From Nageia nagi (Eukaryota > Plantae > Pinophyta), in contig JBITNC010000002.1 in NCBI GenBank assembly GCA_050084985.1, positions 30,814,001 through 30,878,000 of the forward strand: a stretch of DNA of 64,000 bases. Direction: 5' to 3'. Position 1 is the stretch's first letter. The number at the start of each line of letters is the position of its first letter. The position numbers and the translations under genes are program-made. A model generated the notes under the pieces. The model saw only the letters and a program-made list of their open reading frames with translations. It was not told where the DNA came from and made no database searches. Positions 52,131 to 64,000 of this stretch are shown one piece after another.

Positions 52131-53395
52131 TCTCTCTCTTTTTAAAATACTTTAACTCATATCTCAAAATATTAGCCCTTTTTTATCAATAAAAATTGAT
52201 TCATGTCATTTAAAAATATGAGAGGGCAAATCAACCAAATAATTGTGCCAAAAATTGCAAAAGGCTAAAAATTGTAGAGAGCAAAGATTGCATGTTTGGG
52301 AAAAAATTTCATTTTCAACTATTCTTTGATGGATTTCCATGTCTAATCTACTTCTATTTTGCCCATGGTGGCATGTATAGAGGAATGTTGGCAATAATTG
52401 CAAAGTTGTTGTGGAGAAAAAATAGGGACAAGGAGTTGTTTTTGTTTCAGGATTTTTATTTTTATTTTTTAAATTATAGGTATATATAATATATATATAT
52501 TGGCCCTTAGCTAGTGCCCAAGAAGGCTGCACAACCTAGCCTACACCTAAAGGGTTGCACAGCATGGCCTACACCCTAATGGCTATGCGATCATTGGCCA
52601 TTGCCCTTGGTTGTATGACCCTTCACCACCATCCTACAAGTTGCATGACCTGGCTTGTGCCTTGGGGCTTTGTGACTCAAATGGCTACCACCTTGAGGAT
52701 CGCATGGTTAGATGGCCCATGCCCTGGTTGGCATTAAAAAATATTAAAGATTGAATTTTTTTATTATATTATTTTATTTCATAATTTTTTATATTTTAAA
52801 ACAATATAATATATTTTTAATTATATTATTTTAAAACATAAATAAATCCTTTATTTAAAAAAAATAATATACAACTTCCATTTTTATTTAAAAAATAACA
52901 TAATATATTTTGAATTATATTATTTTTTATTTAAGAATAAATACACCATTCATGACAATATAATATTATTTAGAAATGAGGAAAAAATTAAAAAAATCTC
53001 CATTCCATAAACTATGCTCATCAATTTATTTTTGCAAGCAACAAGGTTATATGAATTGCAAAAATTAAAAAAAATTACAAATGCATTAAAATTTACAAAT
53101 TTGCTATAATATATTATTGCTTCACAACTAAAACTTGTACTTACTAACACAAAATTGTTAGTATAACCCAAAATAACAATAATATATTATCTACTTTAAA
53201 TAAATTTTGCTAAAAATGGACTAAGAAAATTAAAGAAAAATGTTAGTAATATAAGCATAATTTGAAAAAAAAATCAAGATGGTAGGAAGGAGGTTATACC
53301 TTCAAACCTCTTTACCTCACCAAGGGCAATGGAGCAAGTGGGGATGATCCTTCAAGTTGAATATGAGACCTCCAAGTAAATATCTTGATACCAGT

Positions 53396-53936
53396 TGATG
53401 GAAATTTGAGTAACACACTAATTTCTTAAATCCCAAGATTCCTTGAAAACAATCAACTTGAACATAGCATAAGCACAAACTAAATGCAAGTCATCTCACA
53501 AATTAACACAAGAAACAAAATGTAAAGTGGTTCCTCCCTCCTTGGAGTACATCCACTAATCTAGATCTTAATTTCTCAAAATACACTCTCTCTTACAACT
53601 CAATTCTTACTTCTCCTACAACCCAACCAAGAGCATGACTTTGCTCCAAAACTTCTTGTTGAAACCATGAGGGGAGGTCCTCTATTTATAGGTAAAATCC
53701 CTTGATTGGGTCACCCTATTGTCCAACGTACACACCAAGATCCAATGGACATATTTTTCCCTTTATCCCTATGGATAAACATGACCTTACAAGTGGGTGG
53801 TGTGTGGAAACAAGTCTCCTTTAATTCTTTATTCACTTAAATACTTTCTAAAGTAAAGTATTTAAGTAGATAATATTAAGGAGGTAATATTTCTTTTTAT
53901 ATATACCTAACACAATATGCATTATACATTTTAACA
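53396..53936 (-). repeat. Copia B 5' LTR
   Basis: TGATGGAAAT...TTAACA, PBS adjacent. Confidence 0.95.
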
Positions 53937-55429
53937 CCTAGCGGCCAAACCAAATTCACATGAATTATATGTAAAAAAATTATCTTTGAAAGCCTTATAG
54001 ACTAGATGATTCACTTCTATCACTAAATAATTCCAATAATCAAATCTAGATAATAATTTTTAATATAGTTAAATATACAAAACATGGTGCAATTCCACCC
54101 AATTTGTTTTTGGTATTTTTATTCATGGGAAGTACAAAATCTATACCAATGTATATAGGTATGTTTGGTATTTTTATCTATTGATAGTGCAAAACTTGCA
54201 TTAATGTAAATCCAAACTCTACAACCTTTGCCATCGTTCTTCCAATATATGCCACCATTGGAGCTTTGTATACATTGATGTAGATTTTGTTTAAAGGTAT
54301 CTAGGGCATTCTCATAAAACTTATTTTGTGCACATCATGTGATCATTACAGTCTATGAAACTACATTTTGATGAGGAATAACTTTTTTTATAAGAAATTG
54401 ATTTATGTTGTATCTTGTGAAAAACATGTTGCTCCTTTAATAGAGTAATATTCATGTTAAATCCTTATCACAAATATATAATCATTACTTGAAATATCTT
54501 AATTATTTTTCATTTATAAATCTCATGAATTTTTCTATAATTAGTAACTTATTTATGTTATGTTCCTATCAAGCAAACCAAATTTACATTAGTTATATAA
54601 AAAAATATCTTTGAAAGCCTTGTAGACCAAAATTTTCACTTCTATTAGTAAAGAATTCCAATAATCAAATCTAGACAATAATTTTTAATAGTTAAATATA
54701 AAAAAATGTCTAATTCCATCCTTTTTTTTGGTATTTTTATCTATGGGCAGTGCAAAATCTACATCAACATATATAGAAATTACTACATAAAATTTGGGCC
54801 CAAATGGTCGATGCAAACACTAACACAAGGTAATATAATGATTCAAAATAAAATGACTGCATAAAATGATAAAATTATAAGTCTTTCTCTCAAATTGATA
54901 ATTAAATATTTGAAACCAAGAAAATCACTCCATACTGCAATCCTCTTTCAGTAACCTTCATATATTTTAATGCCCTCATATTTTATTTGTTCATGTATGC
55001 AATCAAAAATCCTTTTTCCTATTACATTAGGGATTTCTCATGATCTTTTTCATGCATGTACTAAGAGAAACAATTAGACATGGGTTGAGAACCTTGGTTG
55101 AAGAAGTGTAAAAGCCTTTCTTTATCTCAAAATAAATCACTTTTTGAATCTATCCTTAGAATAAAAAATCCTTTAGGACTTCAATTTTTTCAAAGACTTA
55201 GAAATTAATTCTATGCTCCAAACCAAAGGCTCACAATCTTGGTCTAATCATTTCTTACTAACATGTATAAAAATGATACTGAAATTTTTAGATTTGTCGA
55301 AGCCATGGAAAAAAATACATTAGGTTACAAATGCAAAAGTAGGAAGGAGGTGAACAAGCAAAAGATGAATCATATGCAATACATGAAGTATGTAACAAAA
55401 TATGTTCCTTCAATAACTTAGATAGATCC

Positions 55430-58400
55430 ATAAATTTCTCCATATTACATCATGCATCTTATCAAACAATTCATGGGCCTCATGTCTTCTTACACATTAT
55501 ATATAATTATTTTTTGCATGCAAGAATATATATAAAGGTTATGTTATTATGGTTGGATACCAAGTGCTTCATTAGACATATCTCCTAATAATTTTAGTCC
55601 ATTAAACTCTATTTGCATCAAGCATATTGTCAAACAATTCTTGGTCCTCATGTGTTCTTCCACATCTTGCATACTTATTTTCTAGATCACTTTGGGTGAA
55701 GAGGTAACTTCTAACCTCCTCAAAGGTACATCTCTATTTGATTTATAATATTTCACTTGAAGATATGTTATATTGTTTATTGATGATCTATCTTATCAAT
55801 GCATATATGGAAGAACACCTTCATTTATTTTTATTTGTGGTCTAGCTCATGATTGTGGCCTTCAAATTGTAATAGTAGGTATTTTTACAATGCTTGTTGG
55901 TCATACAAATTTAGTACATAATGAACATATTAAGGTTTGATCTCATTTACTTATTATAGGTTGACCAATAATTTAAATAGTATGGTGTTGATGGAGATTG
56001 ACTCATAAGGTGCGCAAGAGGTTATTCTTTTATTACATTATTGGTATTTGTAGTGAACTTTGGGGGGGGGGGGGGGGGGGGGTATTTTAGGATCGGTACA
56101 ATTTCCATAAGCATAGAGGAGACTTCCTCATGATCTTAACTTACAAATTATTTTAAAATTTCCAAAGGATAAACCATCCAAAAGGTACTCTAGAGAGAAG
56201 TATTTAAAGGAAAGGGAGGACATACCAAAGGTCCTTAAAAAATATTCTAATGTTAATTGATATAGATTGGTAAATGAATCGATGAGCCTAGTGAAAGTGA
56301 AAAGGTATGTTGATTTGTCAAAGGCATCGAAGCCAAAGATTAAGTTAGAAATGAACAAATATGAAAATTAAGAAAATACATAAAAATAAAAAATGTTATA
56401 TAAGAGGAAACTAGCCATACGGATGCAAGATAGGTGACATCTTGTAGAAGATGAAGGACATGATGTAGCCTTCTAGGTTCTAGAATGCTTTTTTTTCTCT
56501 TAACTAACCCCTTGAATATTTTGATAGTGTTGAAGTTGTAACCCCTTGGATGTTTTCATAATAGGAGGAAAGACAAGAAGGAGGTGAAGATGAAAGAGGT
56601 AAAGGACATGATTCATTAACCATGTAGGTACTATAATGCTTTAAAGTTTTTTTTTCTTAACTAACCCCTTGAATATTTTCATAGTTTTAAAGTTATATTA
56701 ACTAATCCTTTAATGTTTTCATAAAAGGATGTAAGATAAGAAGGAGTTCAAGATGTAAGAGTTGAAGAAGCAAGAGGTGAAGGAGAGGATACAACTATGC
56801 ATATATTACAATGCTTTAAATTATTTTTTACTTAACTAACCCCTTGAATATTTTCATAGTTTTGAAATTGTATTAACTAACCCCTTTAATATTTTCATAA
56901 TAGGAGCCAATATGTGAAGGAGTGATGAGGAAAATATATGCCTCATTTTAATACATATTATGCCATCATTTAAGTGTTAAAAGGATATTATAGTAATAGT
57001 TATATACATTTAAATATAGGAAACTTATCTAAAATAGGGATAAAATGATATATTTTGTTGATTACTAATATGTTGTGTTTTTGCATGATTTGGTACCAAT
57101 GTATCATGTAGTTACAATTTGGCAATCTATATTCCTTAGCGCAATGCTCTCATAAGAAATGTATTGAAAAAGTACTTCAAGGAAGCGCTAAAGAGAATTT
57201 AGAATAATGTTGAAGAAGACTTCAGGGAACTAATCACTTCAAAGTAAGAGAAAGGAACTTCAAAGTACTAACTACATCAGAGTAGGAGCACTAAAAGGAG
57301 CCCTAAAGTAACTTCAAACTAAACATAGAATTGAAGTAATATGCATTGAAATAGTAGTGCGTTGAACTAACACACATTGAAGAAACCAGAGAGCACCAAA
57401 AGTGAAAAAATGAAGGATCAAATGCACCCATATTTTCATGAAACTTCATGGCTAATTTATGCTCAATAATGGGTAGTCATAAAACTTTACCTAAAGAAGA
57501 AATACAAATTAAAAAAAAAGTTATAAGGTCTGCAAGATAATTTTAGAACCTAGAAATTCTGGATAGAAAAGAATAAGTTATGATTTTCAAAGGAAAAAAT
57601 GGAAGATCAAATATGCCTAAAACAAGTCATGCCATATATGGATAGAAAGATATTTCCAAGAACTTTGCAATGGCTTATCATGTTTTGTAAATAGAGCAAT
57701 ATAATAAAATTAGTTGAGCTTCAAATAAGGTCATTTAGTATTTTAGAAAATTGAGTTGTACATGGAAAAACATGTACAATTGAACTCAATAAAGTATTCA
57801 CATGACATTAGCATTTAAATTAGTCACCAAAGTTAGCGAAAAATATTTTAAAAGGAGAAAAAGGGAAAATAATAAAGTTCTTGTATCTTACATCATTAAT
57901 GGACTTAGTATATTTTATAAGATATAATTTCTATTTGCACATCAAATTTGAATATTACAACTAGCAAAGAAAATGAGTTTGGTAAAGAGAATAAGTAGCT
58001 CAATTCGTGGGAATTCTATTCCAAGAAGATAGACAGCAACATCCTTCATGCATGTCATCCAAAATTTATGCAACTAATTATATACTGCCAACCTTTGGAT
58101 TGTTACACAATTGGCCAAGAAGTATCTTCAATAATGTTTATTGGGTCATAATTATCAGATTTAGATTATTTTCATGCTACATCTTTATAACATTACTACA
58201 TATAGAGAGCTTTATAACAACCATATTTTTCATTGTTTAATTTTAGCAGATTATTGTAGATGCAGTTTATTATTAGTTGGGTTTGTTTTGATAAGTGATT
58301 TAGAATAGGAATAAAGAGTTGTCCAATTATTTTGGAAATAGTGAGTAGTATTCACATTTATTGTTATTATAAAAACCCTTCTCTTGGGAAGAGTTGGGTT

Positions 58401-59870
58401 TTTGTTGAGTTGTAAGCTAACTTAGATTGTAATAGTTTCTATCTTGTGAGAAATAGTGAATAAAATAAAGTGCAAAGTTTTCCTATGCTTTTGAGTTTCA
58501 TTTAGAGAGTCCATCGGAAGGAGCTTGGCCAACTCCAATGGTGGATCATCTATTTTATTTTTTGCTTATTTAATTTTAGCAATGTGAGTTTATTTTCCAG
58601 TATTTTCAATTCTACAAATAAGTGTTATTCCATTCTAGGATATTTCCCTTTCCAGCATTTTACTTTCCAAGTTGTGCACATGTGCTTATAAGGATAGAGC
58701 AGTGATTTCTACTACATATAGCTTTAGGAACTGGCCTGAATTTGATATTTTAAATGAGAAACTGGAGTATTGATTTCCAAAACTAGTGAGAGGGAATAAA
58801 AGTATTAAGAGTACTAGCTCTTAGAGCTAATTGGTCCCTTCATAATAATAGGTGTGAGGTTCACTAGGAAAGGGATTAGTGATAGACCCAAAGGGAATTT
58901 GGGGGTCTATTTACTCATCAAGGAGGTCAAGATGCAAGATTTTAAGAGGAAAGAGGTGAAGGAGAGGGTGCAACCATGTAGGTACTACAATGCTTTAAAT
59001 TCATTTTTGCTTAACTAACTCCTTGAATATTTTTGGGGTGTTATAATTTCCTATTCTATGGACATCTATTATGGATGCCTTCTTTGTAATTTACTTGGTT
59101 TTCAATTTTTTGTACACTCATGAAGTGCAACCTACTTTGATGGAGGAGTGTTTAACTACACAAGTTACTTTGCATGGTGATGAGATTTGCATCCTTGATC
59201 CATTGGCTACCTACATTTCAAAATTTTGAATGTCTTAACTAACCGCTTGAATATTTTTGGGATGTTATTATTTCCTACACTATGTACATCTATTATGGAT
59301 TTATTATTTCTAGCATGCTTTGTTTTCAATTTTTAGGACTCTCATGAAGTGCAACCAACTTTGATGGAGGAGAGGATAATTGCATAAGTTGATTTGCATG
59401 GTGATGAGGTTTGCATCCTTGATTCATTGTGTGCATATGTTAAAATCATTGTAGTCCATTAAGTTACATATCCTACAATCATTACATATTTTATATTTTT
59501 GGGTGTGATATATCTATGAAACTATCTATATCCTCTAATCATTCCATTTCAAAAAATTATATTTTCATCATGCATCTTATCAAATAATTATCATCCCTTG
59601 TGTATTCTTCCACATTTTACATAATAATGCAATAAGGGAATCCTTCATGTAGCCATGAATTGCATATCCTCCAATAATTATGATCATGTTATTATTTATA
59701 CCTTCTTTTATACCTCTAATAATGTTACATGCTTGAAGGAAGTTGGTAAAGGTTGTAGAGTTCATTTTTACATCTACCGATTGCATCTACCGATTTTTCA
59801 TAAAATCCATTTTATGCATATCATGTGATAGATTTAGTCTATGAAACTACATTTTGATGAGAATACACAA
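55430..59870. repeat. Second copy of the PPR-fragment / poly-G / mini-exon module (paralog of ~28560-29985 plus 40624-42200)
   Basis: Colinear matches: PPR unit, cactttgg.tgaagag...tatttgtagt, poly-G, gataaaccatccaaaaggta, ttaactaacccc repeats, 72-nt exon, cattgtagtcca...catcatgcatctt. Confidence 0.8.
56923..58920. mobile_element. Solo LTR (1998 bp)
   Basis: 7-bp terminal inverted repeat TGATGAG...CTCATCA; perfect TSD AGGAG (56918-56922, 58921-58925); the flanks rejoin into one mini-exon repeat. Confidence 0.9.
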
Positions 59871-60195
59871 CATTTTGGTATTTTTTGATAATATATATAT
59901 CCATACCTACTTCTAGAGCTCCCATGGTGAAAAATGCAAAAAGAATTCTTGCAAAGGTTACAGAGTTTAGATTTATAGATGATAATTGCATATGCTTAAA
60001 AGTATCTACATCCTTTCATAAAATATATTTTATGCATATTTTGCAATCATTGCAGTATATAAAACTATGTTTGTATCATGCATTTTGTTAAACAATTATT
60101 GGATTCACATGCCTTCTTCTAGAGATCCCACGATGGTACATGATATAAGAATTCCTCTATCATGCATCTTCCATATTTTGTATACATATCTATTA
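59430..60195 (-). pseudogene. Degenerate PPR fragments
   Basis: ORF 59580-59786 (MNSTTFTNFLQAC...GGYAIHGYMKDS) and LFDKMHD motifs. Confidence 0.7.
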
Positions 60196-60260
60196 GGTTT
60201 TATGGGAATATTTTATTTTGCTATGTATGGTTTCTAATGTACTTTGTTTTCAATTTTAAG

Positions 60261-61260
60261 AAATCTCATCATGTGCAATGAAGTTCAACTATGAATGTGA
60301 TGGTATTTGAAAACCAATTTGGCAAGTGTTCGAATATTGCAACTGATGATTCAACATATGATAGTTTTGAAAAAATAGATTTAGAGAGTAGGGATAATAA
60401 AATGAGGCTCTCTACTATTGTTTTAGAGGCTACCATAAACCAATAAGTTAGAGGTATTAGAGCAACAAAAGCTTGTAGTGCTATTTATAGTACTTGTAAG
60501 CAAATGGTATCTTCAAAACCCAACATGTGTGCCACTCAAAGATGAATTTTAGTAATTGATAAAAGGAGGAAAGAAATATAAAAAGTTCTAAAAAATGGAT
60601 TCAAAAAATAATTTTGTTGATGGTTATTTGGATTTGGAAATAAATTTTGAGAAAGGTTATATGGGAATCAATTAAGAATGAAGAAGGCATATAAATTATA
60701 ATTTGGAATGACCATTTTTATATTTTTAAGGTGGATAGCGCAATATTGTACATAATAGATTTAGTTGGAGATAGGTTACAAGAAGGGGGTGGTAAAGCAT
60801 ATGTTCTAAAATCTAATAACACCATCATGTATGAATATGATGAAACAACTAAAAATGATGGGGAGAGGTAGGAAAAGGTGGTTTGTGAAGGAAATGATTG
60901 TAGTAAAGAGTACTTAAAAATAGTTTTACTAGTTATTCCTATTGATGAATTGGTTTGTGATTTTCAAGAAGTTGAGGCCTCCATATTGACCAAAATGATA
61001 AAGTTGCTACAAATTGAGTTCATTAAGACACCATTTGATGGAAGCAAGATATTCACAAAAGGCCAAAATGTGATCATGCTAGATGAAAAATATGAAGAAT
61101 TGGCCATTTCTATTATTGTTGACATCAAAATTGAAACTTTTTCCAAAGTCAAACTGAAGGCTTGCATCAATTAGAAAAAGTTATTTCCCGCTGTTGGGGA
61201 AAAGTAAGCTAAATATGTCATTGGAACTAATATAGTATGGTCAATCATTCAAATGGATTG
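60261..61260 (+). pseudogene. Possible CACTA/En-Spm TnpA-like (Tnp1/DUF8039-like) terminal exon remnant
   Basis: Begins at an acceptor like those of the 72-nt exons. GQNVIMLDEKYEELAISIIVDI ... (frameshift) YVIGTNIVWS resembles the V.LL...VA.G.I...AIG..I.WP pattern. CACTA-type end 300 bp downstream. Confidence 0.4.
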
Positions 61261-61533
61261 GGTACACATGTTAAAATTTATTTTTTTACATCTTAGGTTT
61301 GAGGCTTGTTCCTTATGGTTATCATTTGATTTTTGATACACTAGATAACTAGAAAATGCAAACAAAAAATTGGAATTGCTGCTATAGAAATCAAAACTAA
61401 CCTAAAAAACATATAGGAGTGGACATCATCCTAAACATTTTTTCAATGTGGAAATACCCAAGAAAATTGGTCTTAATCAGTTGTGAAATATGGTATTAAT
61501 CATGTAAATTACCTTATTGAGTAGGTATATTCA

Positions 61534-61546
61534 TTGTTTTGTAGTG
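61534..61546 (-). repeat. CACTA-type terminal inverted repeat (right end)
   Basis: TTGTTTTGTAGTG = rc CACTACAAAACAA; similar ends at 56045-56055 (rc CACTACAAATA) and 62850 (CACTACAAAAGA, +). No paired end with a 3-bp TSD identified. Confidence 0.4.
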
Positions 61547-61784
61547 TAAAGGATGTTAAATGTTGAATTTACTTTACTTTACTTTATTGAGCTTGTTGTA
61601 TGGTTTCCTACACTTTATATAAAAATGAACATTCCCTACTACATTATCAAGAAGAAAGCACATATTGGGACAATAATGTTGGTTTTGAAGTTACACATGT
61701 CAAGTAATGTTAATTCTTTTCAGTGGAATATTATTATCATGATATGAATAATGCTTAATATGATATATTAGAAAAATGATAGCA

Positions 61785-63705
61785 TCTTGTCAAATAATTC
61801 TCAAACCTTGTGTACCATTCCACATTTTATATATATGTGTAGACAAGGAGTCAATCATCCTATTAAAGTATTTATAGCCCTCATCCACTATAACTTCATT
61901 GTTACATGCAAGCATAATACATACAAAGGTTATGTTGTTAGGGTTGGTTCCTATGTACTTCATGATATCAATGAGTTTAAGGACATCCTTGTTGTAGTCA
62001 TGAATTACATCATGCATCTTGTCAATCTTGTATATTTTGCATACATATCTATCATGGAATTTACTACCATAAACTTTAGAATATCTTAGGATCATTATAT
62101 TACCTTGCATGAAATATAGAAGCATGCACCATGTTAGAAAATCCATTTTGTTCATATCCTACAAACAATGTTGTTCATAAAACTGTGTTTGCATTGTGCA
62201 TCTTGTCAAACAATTCCTAGGCCTTATGTATTCTTACACATTTTTCATACATATCTATCATGAAATTTACTACCATAATATTTTGCGTATCTTTGGATCA
62301 TTGTATCACTTTGCATTAAATATGGAAGCATGCGCCATGCCCATAAAATCCATTTTTTTCATATCCTACAAACATGTTTTCCATAAAATTGTGTTTGCAT
62401 CGTGCATCTTGTTGAAACATTCCTAGGTCTTGTGTATTCTTGCATATTTTTCATACATATCTATCATGATATTCACAACTACAACATCCTTTGAAAAATC
62501 ATTTTAAAATATTCTTTAAAATAACATGATTATCCAAACTAGATAGCATGAATTTGTGTTTGCATCATGCATCATGATTTATGTGTTTGTAACATTTTAT
62601 AGGAATATGGGCATTTTAGGTATTTTTTTGGAAGTGAAATTTATTATTTATTAGTGTGTAAATATGAAGACAATCAAGGTAAGGCATATTCTCTAACTAC
62701 AAGGTATTCATATTATTTCAAATTATTAACTGCATAGTATGTTGATGATTTGGATACATATGTTTCATATCTTATTTTGAATGCAAAATCAAAGTTTTTC
62801 AAGGTTCTGTTTAAGTATAGTATAAGGCATCATATAGCATAATATTAATCACTACAAAAGATGAAGCCCAAGATTAATTATAAATATTTTGGAGGGCCTT
62901 TCATAACTGCAAAATCCTTTACAACTTCACCTTTTTATAAATAAAGGAAAGATGGTTTCAATTTTTATTTATCATCTCCAATTTGGTGCATGCTTTGATA
63001 ATGTTGAGAAAGGTGAATTAACCTTGTTAGACTACTATTATTATTTATTGCATTTGGTGAATTGATCTTGTTGAACTATAAATAAATGAAATTAAGTTTA
63101 AGTGCACATCTTCTAATATACCATCTTGTCAAATAATATCATATAAGAACATTTTGCATACATGTCTATCATAGCATTCATAATGATAACATTTTGCATA
63201 CAAGGTTATGTTGTCATGGTTGGTTCCAAAGTGCTTCATTAGATCATATAGTTTAAGGGTATCCCTGTTGTAGCCATGAAATGTTTATCCTTCAATCATT
63301 ATAGTCCATGCAAATATATGAGCAACATGTATCTTGTCAAATTATTCGTAGTCCTTATATATTCTTCTACATTTTGCATACATGTCTATTATTGTATAAA
63401 CTAGAAGAAGGGTAACAAAGGTTAAAAAGTTTGATTTTAGGCTTGAAAATCATATCTGCTTAAAATTCTATAGGACCTTTAAAGAAAATCTATTTTTTTC
63501 ATATCTTACGAACATTTTTGTCCATAAAATTATGTTTCTATCATGCATCTTATAGAATAATTCTTGGGCCTTGTGTATTCTTGTAAATTTTGCATACATG
63601 TAAATCATGGTATTCACAACCATAAAATTTGATGCAAATCCATTTTAAACTAAATTTTAATGGATATCCATACCTTCTTACAGACCTCCCATGGTGGCAC
63701 AATAT
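61785..63705 (-). pseudogene. Cluster of degenerate PLS-class PPR fragments
   Basis: ORF 61790-62155 (DVLKLIDIMKYIGTNPNNITFVCIMLACNNEVIVDEGYKYFNRM, P2/L2-like); repeated DMYEK..RIHK.*E.F.KMHDAN units at 62195-62470 and 63100-63705. Confidence 0.75.
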
Positions 63706-63777
63706 GATGTTAACAATCAACAATATTATCTATTATGTTTAAAATCAATAATATTGTTTATTTGTATAAAAAAGGCT

Positions 63778-63980
63778 CATATTCATAAAGCTAAAATGAC
63801 ATATTAGTCTCGTGAATATGTATCCATTTTTGTTAATTTAGGTTTGCATATTCACGAAATTAATGTCATTTTAGCTTCGTAAATATGCTTCAGGCTTTTC
63901 ATATTTGCGAGGTAAAATGATAAAAATTAATTGAATACATATTCACAAGACTAATAAGTCATTTTAGCTTTGTGAATATG
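63778..63980. repeat. Second palindrome array, same motif as 44496-44910
   Basis: catattca..aag/ctaa...ttag(c/t)ttcgtgaatatg pairs. Confidence 0.7.
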
Positions 63981-64000
63981 ATCCTTATTTAGTATAGATA

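Larger units (their letters stand above)
45885..53936 (-). mobile_element. Full-length Ty1/Copia element B (8052 bp)
   Basis: TG...CA ends; perfect TSD CCTAG (45880-45884, 53937-53941); LTRs 45885-46390 and 53396-53936 (~90% identical by eye); PBS TGGTATCAAGA (53383-53393); PPT TAAGGGGGAG (46391-46400); gag-PR-IN-RT-RH order. Confidence 0.95.

Noticed and set aside
61790-62155. Functional PPR gene
   Set aside because: Short, motifs fused by deletions, flanked by stops and frameshifts, no E/DYW domain.

Overview
AT-rich (roughly 70% by eye), CpG-depleted eukaryotic plant DNA. The very old, intact-ended LTR elements and the repeat content suggest a large-genome seed plant such as a conifer; this is inference only. 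There is one intact gene: an intronless-CDS UDP-glucose 6-dehydrogenase (18630-20069, +), with a CpG-retaining promoter/5'UTR-intron island. The rest is decayed, nested transposon DNA. It includes three Ty1/Copia elements (one full length with a CCTAG TSD, one rearranged with a shared LTR) and a 10.6-kb pol-less Ty3/Gypsy element carrying an antisense plant-mobile-domain ORF and a nested small LTR element. There are also two solo LTRs with TSDs, two tRNA-like SINE families, and a large composite repeat (28.4-63.7 kb) in which minus-strand PPR-gene fragments interleave with plus-strand tandem mini-exons and CACTA-like ends. The most striking observation is two highly diverged L1-type LINEs (10142-13291 and 23235-28335). 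Both carry the same extra ~450-codon ORF downstream of the ORF2 zinc-finger region and inside the TSD/poly(A)-bounded unit, and both share a 3' stem-loop. One copy has a twin-priming-like 5' inversion. All alignments and translations were done by eye, and boundaries without a TSD are approximate.
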